Of a stretch of 64,000 nt of DNA, positions 1-12,269 are shown piece by piece. The notes under the pieces are model-generated. The model saw nothing but the letters and a program-made list of their open reading frames with translations, did no database searches and was not told the DNA's origin. Made by a program: the position numbers and the translations under genes. The first letter of the stretch is position 1. Each line of letters starts with the position of its first letter. The stretch is from Octopus vulgaris (lineage: Eukaryota), in assembly GCA_951406725.2 (NCBI GenBank), contig OX597827.1, forward strand, positions 4,030,001-4,094,000. The letters are read 5' to 3'.

Positions 1-241
1 ATTGTTGTCATAACAACCATCAACACCACTGTCATTGTCCTTATCATTGTCACCACCACCACCACCACCACCACCACCACCACCACCACCACCACCACCA
101 TCTCCTTCCTTCTCCTTCTCATCCTCCTCTTTCTCTCTCTCTCTTTCTCTTTCTCCTTCTCCTTTCTTTTACTTCTGTTGGTGGATAGCTTATAGATGTT
201 GCTGCAATACAGTTGTAAATCCGTTGTCATCTATTACTCAC

Positions 242-318
242 ATCAAAGCTGTCTTCGGGCTCGATGGCATTACTCTAAGTTGTCCATCATTCATATTTTC
301 TTCATCTTTAGTACAGTA
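242..318 (-). CDS. Probable internal coding exon of an unidentified minus-strand host gene (YCTKDEENMNDGQLRVMPSSPKTAL..)
   Basis: Minus strand reads tttgctcttcAG | 77 nt | GTGAGT. Only the phase-0 frame is open, and the sequence is non-repetitive. Confidence 0.6.
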
Positions 319-922
319 CTGAAGAGCAAAGAGGCTTAATAATACCCTGATGGTAATCAATTTGAAGATATCAATCAATAACTCCCATTATCAATAATGC
401 TAGAGACATGCTAGACCTCGGCTAAAACTTTCAATTTGATAATTGCACTGGACTGTTTTCTAATTGGATAAGCAACCAGTTAAGTGCTAACCATCCACAC
501 CGTTACTAACTAGATTGAATATCCAATCTTTATTACACTCTAATGCAAATATATCGTACATGAGTGTACACAGAGGGAGAGAGGGAAATAGCAAAAGAGA
601 GTGCGTGTGTGTGTGTCTGTCTCTGTTGGAGGAAGAGAGATAGAGAGAGAGAGAGGGGGGAGAGAGGGAGAGAGGGGAGTGAGGGTGTGTGTCTACAGGA
701 GAGAGAGAATTGAAGAGTGATATAAAACATATGTAGAAGTACATGAAGACATTCACATGAGTGGGATGAACAGAATGACAGCGCATGGACATATGCATAA
801 ATATGTGTGTGTATGTGTGTGTGTGTGTGTGTTGATATATCTATAGTTATTTATCCATATATAATTTTTAAACATCTATACACATATATATAGACACACA
901 TCTCTGTGATAATGTGGCTGTA

Positions 923-991
<69 letters not shown>

Positions 992-1056
992 GTGTATATA
1001 CGGGTGTATATACACAGTCAAAAATTGTGAAGCATGACTGTCACCACTACTACATA

Positions 1057-1097
1057 AACCTGAAGATTGCAGAATTTAATGCATGAAAGTACTAGTT
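1057..1097 (+). ncRNA. Minimal type I hammerhead ribozyme motif in a Penelope-like terminal-repeat fragment (about 1000-1230, flanked by (TA)n)
   Basis: AAC CTGAAGA tTGCA-gaatttaa-TGCAt GAAA GTAC TA GTT: helix I, canonical core, helix II, palindromic helix III, CUA site. Confidence 0.7.
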
Positions 1098-1223
1098 CAA
1101 TCAGAAGGAACATTTAACATTCTACTATTTTATTTTCTTCTATTATAATATATTATCTTATATTATATCATTATAAGATTGTAAATAAAACATGAAAATC
1201 AGACAAGGTTGGAATTCCTTTTA

Positions 1224-1273
<50 letters not shown>

Positions 1274-2110
1274 CATTTACACATGTAAGTATATGTGTGT
1301 GTGTGTATTTACATATGCACACACATGTGTATGTATTTATATATGCATATTGTTGGATTCCCACATATATATAATATACTAAGATAACCCCCAAATTATC
1401 TACTGAATTAGAAGAGAAAACCTCCCTCTATGTGTTTTAGAATCTAGAAAAACTAACAATAATGCCACCAAGCATAAATTTTTCAAAACTAAAGACTAAA
1501 GTGGATCTTATCTTTAAAACCAATTGTGGAACCAAGGGATGTTATATGGACTCATCTAACCTTTTCAATGAAGCAGGTTCTAATCAACCAGCAAAACTGG
1601 GAGTGGCTATGTGGTGAGAAACTTGCTCCCCAACCACATGGTTCTGGTTTCAGTCCCACTGCATGACACTTCGGCCAAGTGTCTTCTTCGATAGCCTCAA
1701 GCTAAACAAGGCCCTTTGAGTGGATTTGGTAGACAGAAACTGAAAGAAGTCCATCATATATATATATATGTGTATATATATATATATTTTTTTTTTTGTG
1801 TGTGTGTGTGTGTGTCTGGGTTTGTTCCCTCATTACCACTTCACAACTGGTGTTGGTGAGTTTACATCTCCATGACTTAGTGGTTTGACCAAAGAGACTG
1901 TTAGAATAAGTACCAGGCTTAAAAACTAAGTACTGATGTTGATTCATTCAACTAAAAATTCAAGGCAGTGTCCCGGCATGGCCGCAGTCTAATGACTGAA
2001 GCAAATGAAAAGAACAAAGAACAAAAGATGCACACACACACACACACACACACATATGAGTTGACAAAGGAAAGAAAAGGGCACCCAACACATTTAATAG
2101 AAGTTACTTG

Positions 2111-2275
2111 TATTATCTAAAACAGTTTGATTCAGCTCCATGTGACTTCAAGTTTTGCAGGCCTCTGACAGAAGCCTGTCTCTTTCAGGCTTCTGATTAT
2201 TGGTAATCTAAAGCCAAAAAGAGATGGGTGAAATTGTAAGTCATATGTAGCCAAATCAAACTGTTTTAAATAATA
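2111..2275. mobile_element. Fold-back Penelope-like remnant with about 40-bp inverted ends and a degenerate minus-strand hammerhead-like motif (family E); related pieces at about 10405-10450 and 58530-58600
   Basis: tattatctaaaacagtttgatt...aatcaaactgttttaaataata inverted pair. The minus strand has CTGAAAGA-stem-(G/A)AAA-CTT(G)AAG-TY in both longer copies. Confidence 0.5.
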
Positions 2276-2293
2276 TATATATAAATGTATATA

Positions 2294-2495
2294 CCGGAGT
2301 AAACACATAAATGTGAAACAAGGTGGAAAAAAGAGTACTCAAATACCAGTGGTAGAGTAATATGCTTTATTTAAAGCAGCAGAAAATTCAACAAAATCTG
2401 TTACTCTGAGTTTCACGTTGCCGTTCATTGGACAGTTTTTTACATCGGCAACATGAAACTCAGAGTTGTTGAATTTTCTGCTGCTTTAAATAAAG
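2294..2495 (-). mobile_element. Penelope-like hammerhead mini-element family A with inverted partial copy
   Basis: Same sequence as at 20797, 39150 and 50078. Hammerhead at 2398-2435 has a mutated core (CCAATGA). (TA)n flanks. Confidence 0.75.
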
Positions 2496-2503
2496 TATAA
2501 ATG

Positions 2504-2544
<41 letters not shown>

Positions 2545-2562
2545 ATGTATATATATATATAT

Positions 2563-2765
2563 AGGGAGAATTCACAAAAAAAAACAAAAGACAAAGGCAG
2601 GTGGTGTAGACATCAAACAGATATTTTAGTATAACACTCAGGAAGTGAAAAAGTCTTTAATGTTTTGAGCCTATGCTCTTCCACAGAAAGGAACACAGAA
2701 AGAAACAAGGAGAGAAAATAAAGAATATGTAGTGGCTAGCGATCTATCATGGCGAATGCCGATAT
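2563..2765 (-). mobile_element. Penelope-like terminal-repeat family B (degenerate hammerhead variant)
   Basis: Homologous to 5120-5320, 22075-22278 and 33080-33310; sits in (TA)n. Confidence 0.65.
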
Positions 2766-3209
2766 ACATATATGTATATGTGTATGTATGTATATGTATA
2801 TATATTATTATTTATATGTGAACAGGCAGAATGCAGTGTAGCAATAGATTTTTTTTCTTTTTGATATCACTGAAGTAAATCACTGTACGGTATCACACAC
2901 AGACATCCTGGGTTACATCCAGAAAAAAAACTACATTGTTTACAAAATGAGACAATTGGACGTTGCTGATTAGATGCAAATGATTTGGCATGACTGACTG
3001 GACTTGCTTTGGCGACAATATTTTTGTTTTTACATTGGAGGCTAGAATACACATACGTGTACATGCATGCAAAAATGTACACATTCAGTTAGAAAGAGTG
3101 AGAGAAAGGGAGAGAAGAGAGACTGGTCTTACAGTTTATTAAGTGAACAGAGTTAATATAAACAAATCCCCTATCCTCAAACACATAAAGAAAATATATG
3201 CTCTCACAC

Positions 3210-3253
<44 letters not shown>

Positions 3254-3845
3254 GGAGGTGGGGGGAGAAAATATTAAAATGAGAGAAACATTAAAGCATC
3301 TGATGTCAATCAAATCAGCAGTGTCAAATCAGTGGCACCAAAAGCACTGTGTCAAGACATCTCATATCTCTGCCACCCATTTATTGGTATAGAATCTCTC
3401 ACACACCCACTTCAACCTCTGACCAATAAGTGTGCTGTCTCCTCTCCCTTTGTTTTCTACCACTAGTAGAAAACAAAGAGGGAGCTAGTAGAGTCATGCC
3501 CCTTCTTGCCCCAATCCTTTTTTCTTTTACTTTTGTTATGCCCCCTCCTCATTCAGACTTAATCACTGTGATCAATAATCATTATGCACATTCCGTTCTT
3601 CTCAGAGCATATACTGGAATTCTTCTCCGATTCATTTCGTGCCCACCACTGTTGGCTTAGCATTATTATTCTTTTTCAAAATCCATAAGGCGGTGAGCTG
3701 GAAGAATCACTAGCAACTTGGACAAAATACTTAGTGACATTTCTTTCAGTTCTTTATGTTCTGAGTTCAAATATTGCCAAGGTTAACTTTGCCTGTCATT
3801 CTTCTGGGGTCGATAAAACAAGTACAAGTTGAGCATTGGGGTTGA

Positions 3846-5021
3846 ACCCCAACATTACCATTGTATACCTCCTTCCAAACACCACGCCTCTTCTGCAGCC
3901 AATGGATCAGGGAATTGCTATCTTCAAGCATTACTATATGAAGTGTATGCTGCAGCAAGCAATAGCTGTGACTCATCTTGATGAGTCCATCACTCTTCGT
4001 GACTTTTGTAAGAGATACGATATCTACAAGGCTGTACAGAACATAACAGCAGCATGGAATGATGTACAGAGCACAGCTATGAACGGTGTATGGAAGAAGA
4101 TATGCCTGCAATTCATGAATGATTTTAAGGGATTTGATAATGTTGCCATCAACAAAACGTTGGTGACTATGAGCAAAGAACTGGAAATGGATTTGGAGGA
4201 GGATTTCACAGATTTGTTTGTAAAAGACAAACAGCCCTTGATGAACAGGGACTTGATAGAGCTTCATGAGTAGCAAAATAAAGAAGATGAGCAAGTCAAA
4301 CCTGAGCCAGGTCACTTTACCATTAAGAAAATGCAGCAAGCATTTGCATATATCATAAAAGGTCTTTCTATGTTCAAGTAAATAGATCCAAATGCTCAAT
4401 GCTTTTCCAAGGTTATGGATGCTTGTCAAAAAGCTTTTGCTTCTTATAATGTTATCCTTGAGGAATAGAAGAAGACAGTTCAAGGAACTCTCTACCAGTT
4501 TTTTAAGTGCATCAAATAACAAGAACAGCCAGAGTCATCTATAGATGTTGATGATTCACAGCCATCTACATCACGATGTAAACTACCAAATTATCTGTAC
4601 ATATTGGCAAATTTTAAACAATTAATTTTCTTTTGCTATTGCAGAATAATAATAATTACTGAATTTGTTTTTTAAGCTTAAAAAAGGCTTATATTTACCT
4701 AGTCTTATTGCAAACCGCATTCATGAATAAAGCGTTCACGATATATGGTAAACACTGTGAATTGTATTCATAAATTTAGATTATGTTTTTTTTTTACTGT
4801 ACTGTATTAAAAAATAAAAATTATTTATTTGTAAGCTTAAAATAGGTTTTTATTAACCAGGTATAATTGAAAATGCATTTATAAATAAAGTACAGAACTG
4901 GGAATGTTTATTATTGTTTTAGCCTAGAGACAAGTAAATTTGGCCTAGCCTAGAGACAAGTTAATTCAATTTACGTCATGTCTCCTGGAACCAATTAACA
5001 ACATAGGGTGAGGTATGTCTG
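3846..5021 (+). mobile_element. Tigger/pogo DNA transposon fossil (DDE_1 C-terminal part plus right TIR)
   Basis: ORF 3836-4273 has LPNTTPLLQPMDQGI..FKHYY and AWNDV..W. The end gtgaggtatgtctg is Tigger-like. Stops follow. Confidence 0.9.
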
Positions 5022-5042
5022 TGTGTATATATATATATATAC

Positions 5043-5320
5043 ACTTTATTAATAAAGCTGCTAAGACATCACAAAAACTGTTACTCAGAGTTTCACATTC
5101 CCCTTCGTCAGACAGCTTTGGTCGAGAATTGGACCGTTAGCTCCTACACGCATTTTTTTCTCTCCTTGTTTCTTTTCTGTGTATCTTTCTGTCGAAGAGC
5201 GTAGGCTCGAAATGTAAAAGACTTGTTTTATTTCTATTCCTGAGTGCCATACTAATACATTTGTTTGTTTGTACTCCACCTGCCTTCGTCTTTTGTTTAT
5301 TTTCGTAAACCTTCCTGTTA
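5043..5320. mobile_element. Composite of a family-A-like end (minus, hammerhead 5078-5115) and a family B end (plus, hammerhead variant 5184-5221)
   Basis: Minus: CTGT CTGACGA..GAAA CTCTGAG TA ACAG. Plus: TCTTT CTGTCGAA GAGC gtag GCTC GAAA TG TA AAAGA. (TA)n on both sides. Confidence 0.7.
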
Positions 5321-7179
5321 TATATATATAGTTGACTAAGAATCCATAAATCAGAAAAATATATGCACTTGCATATTTGTCAATGAAGTAGGTATATTAA
5401 TCAATGTGTCCAGTATCATATATCTATTATTACTGATCTTACGAATCAGTTTTGCACTGGGTAATAAACTGGACTTTAGATAACAGCACAGTTAAGTAAC
5501 ACTGCATGCTTGTCAGAGTTGGCAATTCAGGAAATAATATGGTAACTGCTTCACATTACTGGATTGTAAAAACATATCGGATTTGTAAATGCTGGGAAAA
5601 AAGATGAAACAAACTGAACAAGAGTTATATCTCTTGGCATGAAAGGTCTCTGAGATGTAAGTCTACAAGCGTCAACTGAAAATGTGTTTAGGGGTTAGGG
5701 GTTGATATTCGTATAAGGTTGGAATGTGTGTAGGGGTATTATATAGAGATGGGACTGCTAGGTGGATGTCTGAATGCTTAAGCCCACGTCGGAGTACATC
5801 CATGTCTATGTGTTTATTTGTGCCTACTTTGGTGAAACTCTCTGTTAGATACTAAGGATAAAGTAATCAAAGAGTCAAAGGTGAAATGGTGCTACAGTTA
5901 TGATGGGACCTATAGGTATGATAAAATATAATTTCTTTCGTGTAGCAAGACTAAAGGTGCTATTTTTTAGCCAAAGAAGGAATGCTATCTTGCAGCTAAA
6001 TCAGGCTGTCTTGCAGTGAATTAAAATTAGTTTCTTTAATTGGAATCTTCAGTAATAAAAGAACCTCAATAACAACATTTTGATGCAAAACATTAAAATT
6101 AGAATTTTTAGACATTTTCTAGACAGTGTAGTCTTTAATAATTGCTTCCTTTTAGTAAAAGTTACAAAGTCCAAACAAATTAATGAGCTTTCTTTATCAT
6201 GGTATAGATGTCATAGTAATGATGGTGGTTATGATGAAAATGGTGACGATGAAGATGTTCCTATAGCAAAAACAGTGGTGAGCTTAATGTTTTACATTAT
6301 CAAAATTTTGTACTTCATTTTCAATAACTTATAGATGGTGTCTAACTGCTTCTGAGTTCAGTTCCTGTTGGGGTAAATTTCACTTTTTAAATTCATTTTC
6401 ATAACATTTATAACAGGATGATGGTACAATGCAACAAACTATACTGCACTCTACTATTCTATATTATATGTTACGTTTTACCCATAGACACCTCTCATCT
6501 ACAAACTTGGCCCCATGCCTACCGGAAAGAAATTACTTACAACAAACCACATTACTGAACTAAGCAATAGATACCTTCAAGCTATTATATAAACACAGAG
6601 ACGCATGTGTGTGTGTGTGTGTGTGTGTCGTGGGAAAGGGAGGCACGTGTGTGTGTGAGTGTGTGTGTGTGTGTGCTGTGTGTGTTGAAGTGTATGGCAC
6701 AATTTCTGCAGTGAAGTATCTTCCACATATATACATAATGAGAGTTGATTCCCAACAAGACTTGGATGCATGGCTTCACTTTTTGATAATGGTTATTTTA
6801 TTTGAACCATCAATTCAAACTGAACTTACAGTTGTGTCAATTTTACCCATGGGCACACTTATATTCAGCTACGTTCTTAAATATTTGCGCAGAACAGCTT
6901 ATATCAATAGTAAATCACCAATAATGACCACGATTTTCAATATAATACATTTATGTTGTACTTATATTTGTAGATACATACAGACAAATTATTCATACAT
7001 ATATACTTAGCTACATAGACACATACGCATATACACATATGCACACGTAATACATAAATACATATATATATTCATTCATGAATAGATATATATATATCAC
7101 ATACTCACACAGTCATATGTGTGTGTGTTTGTGTGTGTATTTGCATGTATAAATATATATAGATATATATGTACAAATG

Positions 7180-7212
<33 letters not shown>

Positions 7213-7222
7213 TTATGTATGT

Positions 7223-7265
<43 letters not shown>

Positions 7266-7548
7266 GATACACAAATATATATATATATGTACATACATAC
7301 AAACTTACATTTTAAATATATATATATTTAAATACATATATATATATATATAAATAATGCACACACACACACACGTAAACACACATTTACCAACACGCAC
7401 TCACATATACACTCATACACACATGAAAGTATTTTCTTCAACCCATTTAGCCTTTAATAACAAAATGTCCAATCACCCATAAACACCTAGACACATCAGC
7501 AATATTCCAGAACACTGCTGCAATACCATTCTAGAATCACCATCTCAC

Positions 7549-7557
7549 CTGTTTTGT
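7549..7557 (-). CDS. Candidate 9-nt microexon (ACAAAACAG)
   Basis: Minus strand reads atgcattatgttttttatcctAG|ACAAAACAG|GTGAGA. Frame-preserving, with TGC just upstream of the pyrimidine tract. Confidence 0.3.
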
Positions 7558-7748
7558 CTAGGATAAAAAACATAATGCATATATATCTGTTCTGAACTAT
7601 AAACCAATATCAGTTGCAACACTCGGCCAAAACACTCTGTTGAATTATCAGACATTTCTAATAAATCCCAATGAGCTAAGACTGTTGCTCACTGACTGAG
7701 TAGACTGGTTGTGCTGGCTATCATAGCCACAGTAAGTTAATACATACG

Positions 7749-7804
<56 letters not shown>

Positions 7805-7943
7805 TACAGACATATATATATATGTATATATACATTTGTATATATATGTGTGCATGTGAGTATTTATATATAAATATATATATATATATATATACACACA
7901 AAAATATATTATATTATATATACACATATATTTTATATTATAT

Positions 7944-7976
<33 letters not shown>

Positions 7977-8025
7977 ACATCATATATATATATACATACA
8001 CACATATATATAATATATCATATAT

Positions 8026-8066
<41 letters not shown>

Positions 8067-8589
8067 TGTGTGTGTGTTCGTATGTATGTCTTCTGTAAGT
8101 CAAGGGAACTTCTATTCATTACTCAATCTTGGTAGAAATAGCACTGAAATTGCCTTTGATTTCACTGCTGTTTCTTGCCTCACCTCCTTAAAACAAGGAA
8201 GAACACATTAAATCATGTATTTCTTCAGAATCATTGAAAGCTACAAAGCAGAAAGGCAGTGAATTGGTGGGGTGTTAGCTAACTAGATAGAATGGCAGAA
8301 GTTTTTTTTATTTTTTCTAATTCTCTGTATGTACTCTGAGTTCAAACTCTGCTAAGGTTAACTTTAGCATTTATCATTTTAGGCTTGCAAACAAAAATTC
8401 CTTCAGCTGTTCTGTCAAATCTGTTCAACTCAGCATCCTTTCCCTCAGATATATATCAATGGTTTAGACAGGAGAATCTTGTATGCATCGTTTGAAGAAG
8501 ATGGCTAGTTTTCCTCAAAAGAATAAAAATCTTGCTCAAGCTACCCGTACATGTGCATATGAATTGTCAATATGGACCAACAGATGTCC

Positions 8590-8811
8590 TATGAGGGGGT
8601 GCTGAAAAGTTTCTGGCTTTAAGGGTACCATGAAAGGCCTGGTTGGAGACCCAACCTTCCAAGTTCTTTTACAGGGCTTAGGAAAATTGAAGGGCTGCAG
8701 CAATAGGTGTGTGAATCTGAGAAGGGGGATATATTGAATATATTCGTAATTAACTGATCCTCCTGTATTTTGTTTTACCCTAAGCCAGGAACTTTCCGGC
8801 ATCCTCTTGTA
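8590..8811 (+). mobile_element. Mariner-derived MITE inserted in the Penelope-like element
   Basis: About 30-bp imperfect TIRs (tatgagggggtgctgaaaagtttctggc / gccaggaactttccggcatcctcttgta) with TA ends. Internal RCVNLRRGYIE resembles a mariner C-terminus. Partial copy near 43455-43512. Confidence 0.8.
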
Positions 8812-9798
8812 TATAGAAGCTAGCACATTAGAAAGCACCTATCTGCTTCTAGTAATAGATCTGAGGTGTAGTAGTAGAAATACTCATGGTACAGCTAGCA
8901 TGGTAACAACGTTGGTTAATGGAGTCAGGACTGTCTTATATACAAATAAATATGATATATGCTCATGCAGAGATAAATTGAAATGTTCTTTGATGAATCT
9001 CTGTATGAGTACAAATTTTGTATATAAATGTACTGTGCACACAAGGGGAGGACCCTATGTTTACTTTGGGCAGACGGCTGATTCATTTCAGAATCGATAT
9101 TGTAACCATGTTGCCAGCTTTAAGACAATCCATAAGAGACATTCAACATCTTTGGCAGAATTTGTATGCCGACTGAAGGAGGATAAAACAAAGAACAGCA
9201 TTAATTGGTCCATAGTAAGGTACGCGAAACCATACAATATAAGTTCCTGGAGATACCGTCTTTGCTCCAAGGAATCCCTGTCTATTCTGTGGACTAACGA
9301 GAAGATAATTAATAGAATTTCTGAACGACTCTCGAGATGCCTAGATGCATATAAGTGTACTTTTGCACAATGCAGTGAGAATGAATTTTGAGTAACTGTT
9401 AACTTAATTTAATTTACTTTAAGGTATGGATGTCTTAAGTTTACTTTTAACCTCTTCATTCTTATAAACACCTACTAAATAACTAACTTACTTTGTGATC
9501 ATGAGTGCGCCAAACCTCACATGTGCATATGCTCACATTTTTGCAGATGCTTGTATGAGTGCATCTACTTGCATCATGCAGCTTGCCCAAGGGCATTTAT
9601 ACATCCATATCTCTTAATGGCTATTTTCAATACTTTTCTCACTGGATTGCATGTTCGTTTCTCTTTTTGTCATCTGCAATTTTATTTTTGATCTTCTAAA
9701 TAAATGAAGCTATTTCCTCCATCTGACTGTTTTTCTCTCCACAAAACAGAAAGTTACATTGTGGAACAGTCCTTTTAACGAGTTGTATTTATATATTT

Positions 9799-9903
9799 AT
9801 CACCCGATGAGATACATCTGCACCATGGATGCTCCTGAACCAGTTGTTGAGTGTCCCACCCAAGAGGAATCGCTGCTAGATGTGTTGAAACAATTGTCGT
9901 GAT
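9799..9903 (+). ncRNA. Type I hammerhead ribozyme with long helix II insertion
   Basis: ATCAC CCGATGA GATACATCT...AGATGTGTT GAAA CAATTG TC GTGAT (U4C core, palindromic helix III, GUC site). Confidence 0.75.
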
Positions 9904-9958
9904 TAATAATAAATTCTTGTATATTCCATATTCTGTCTTTCATTTGTTATATATATAT

Positions 9959-10368
9959 AGGAGTGGCTGTGTGGTAAGTAGCTTGTTTACCAACCACATG
10001 GTTCCGGGTTCAGTCCCACTGTGTGGCACCTTGGGCAAGTGTCTTCTACTATAGCCTAGGGCTGACTAAAGCGTTGTGAGTGGATTTGGTAGACGGAAAC
10101 TGAACGAAGCCCATCGTATATATGTATATATATATATATATGTGTGTATGTGTGTGTTTGTGTGTCTGTTTGTCCCCCTAGCATTGCTTGACAACCGATG
10201 CTGGTGTATTTATGTCCCCATTATTTAGCGGTTCGCCAAAAGAGACCGATAGAATAAGTACTGGGCTTAAAAAAAAGAATAAGTTCCGGGGTCGAGTTGT
10301 TCGATTAAAGGTGGTGTTCCAGCCTGGCCGCAGTCAAATGACTGAAACAAGTAAAAGAGTAAAAGAGT
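9959..10368 (+). mobile_element. tRNA-derived SINE family 1, full copy. Others (approximate): 1599-2028+, 11979-12770-, 16480-16861-, 21596-22012-, 22690-23055+, 24845-25232-, 25455-25877+, 29905-30105-, 37767-38173-, 38245-38550+, 43278-43420+, 43695-44113+, 49243-49660-, 54735-54968+, 57275-57430+
   Basis: A-box-like gtggctgtgtggt, B-box-like ggttcagtccc, CORE-like ccttgggcaagt, internal (TA)n(TG)n and (GTAAAAGA)n tail; about 16 homologous copies. Confidence 0.92.
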
Positions 10369-10472
10369 ATATATATATGCACGCACTCATATATCTGTAT
10401 CAAAGTATAATAACAGTTTGACTCAGCTGCACAAGGCTTAAAGTTTTGCATAGCATACATCAATTTCATTTA

Positions 10473-11467
10473 GATGTTCAGAGATAAAGTGTAGAGCCTG
10501 AAAGAAATTCTTGATGGCTTCAAGTTGTTTAGGTATCTATTGATTATTTCAGGTCACATGGTATAAATGTTATCAAAGTATTTTATTTACTTTTAGGTCT
10601 ATGTGTTCACATAAGGTGTTTACATGATTCTGGCACTACTTTTGTGGCAGGCAGTAGCATAGTATATTCGGTAACATCAGTTCCTTGCATATGATGGGGG
10701 TAAAATATTGGCACAAGTCCACAAACCAGTCGTCTTTCAGTAGCATTTCAACACATTAGTAGCTGCAGTCTTTATATGGGAGTAACCATTTTGATGAAGT
10801 TGGGTTAGAACTGAAGCTTCATGAGTAAGATGAGTATGCTGTTGTGTATACAAGTGGCAGGGATTTATGTATGGGTAAGCTAGGCCCACGGTGGTTCATC
10901 TGTATTGTCAGTGACCTGAGTCTTGAAGTTTATTAATAAGGTGTACATCTGGTGACAACTATAAGATAGTTCATTCTTCCTAATGATAGATACTGTAATT
11001 ACTTGAGTATGTGTAGTTTCTCAGAGAAACCCAGTTAGCAATTACATGCTCCAGGTAAGTAAAGAGAGGCCATGTCAAGAATATTTCATTTGATGTTGGC
11101 AGAGTTAATTCAAAGATCACAAAGTTTCTAGATGAAGTGGAACAGGGAGGTGGACTTTTCCCTATCTGTACACCTGAAGAAATGCATGTTCTGTGTACAT
11201 CTTCCCTTCAAGTTAGTGCTTGTCATACCATGTGCCATATCTAATTCAAGGAACTGATGTTGCTGAATATACTATGCAACAGCTTGTTCTCAAAGTGGCA
11301 TCAGCATCCTGTCAACATCATATCCAAAATAATGAACCTAAAAACAAAGAAAACAACTGATGTCATTCTGATATTTCTACAACATGACCTGAGCTGATTA
11401 ATAGATGCCTTAACACCTAGAAACCATCTTAGATTTCTTTCAGACACTTCTCTCAGACTCCAAACAT
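10473..11467. repeat. Old imperfect inverted repeat; arms about 10473-10735 and 11150-11467
   Basis: gcatagtatattcggtaacatcagttccttg (10657-10687) matches the reverse complement of 11247-11277 at 29/31. Weaker homology extends about 180 nt outward. Confidence 0.8.
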
Positions 11468-11743
11468 AAGTTACCTGGAGCTGAGTTTTTACTCCAACCA
11501 AACGTGTTGAATGCTACCTTTTCCATTTGTTCTCTCACTTGCATGTGTGTGTGTACATGTGTTTGTGTGTATGTGTGAGTACCCATATAAATTGATAGAT
11601 AAATAAATAGCTATACAGATATAGCTATATCTATATTCATGTACAAACATACATGCATACACACACACATACACATACATATACAGAAAGATAGAAAGTG
11701 AGAGAAAAAGAGACAAAAAGACAGATAAAGATATACCTAGGTA

Positions 11744-11797
<54 letters not shown>

Positions 11798-12208
11798 CAT
11801 ACACACAATAGCATATGTATGCATGCATACATATACATGCATACATATACATGCATATGTATAGAGACATGCTCATATGTCTAGTGAATATTCAAAAGCA
11901 AACTGTGCCTTGTTCAAGAGAAGAGCTCTCCAGCAGATGTGAATAGCCAAAATGGAGAAAATCAACGTCAAATCCAATACTCTTTACTCTTTTACTTGTT
12001 TCAGTCATTTGACTACAGCCATGCTGGAGCACCGCCTTTAGTCGAGCAAATCAACCCCAGGACATATTCTTTGTAAGCCTAGTACTTATTCTATCGGTCT
12101 CTTTTGCTGAACCACTAAGTTACAGGGATGTAAACACACCACCATCGGTTGTCAAGCGATGTTGGGAGGACAAACACAGGCACACAAACATACACAGACA
12201 CACACACA

Positions 12209-12250
<42 letters not shown>

Positions 12251-12269
12251 CACACACACATATATATAT

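Larger units (their letters stand above)
8460..9955 (+). mobile_element. 5'-truncated Penelope-like element of Naiad type: zinc-knuckle linker plus GIY-YIG endonuclease remnant (8807-9391) and 3' repeat with hammerhead
   Basis: CSCRDKLKCSLMNLC fits CxCx5Cx5C. Also VYKC..YFGQT..FQNRY.NH..SF, W.I..Y..LC..E and NR.SE..RC. AATAAA near the end, which runs into (TA)n. Confidence 0.88.

Noticed and set aside
3767-4522. 251-aa minus-strand ORF
   Set aside because: Antisense shadow of the Tigger transposase fossil.
5687-5703. Telomere-like ttaggggttagggg
   Set aside because: Only two imperfect units; likely chance.
8950-9800. Selenocysteine/SECIS in the Naiad-type element
   Set aside because: The linker Cys codons are TGC/TGT rather than TGA, and I saw no convincing AUGA..AA..GA SECIS spacing in the 3' region.
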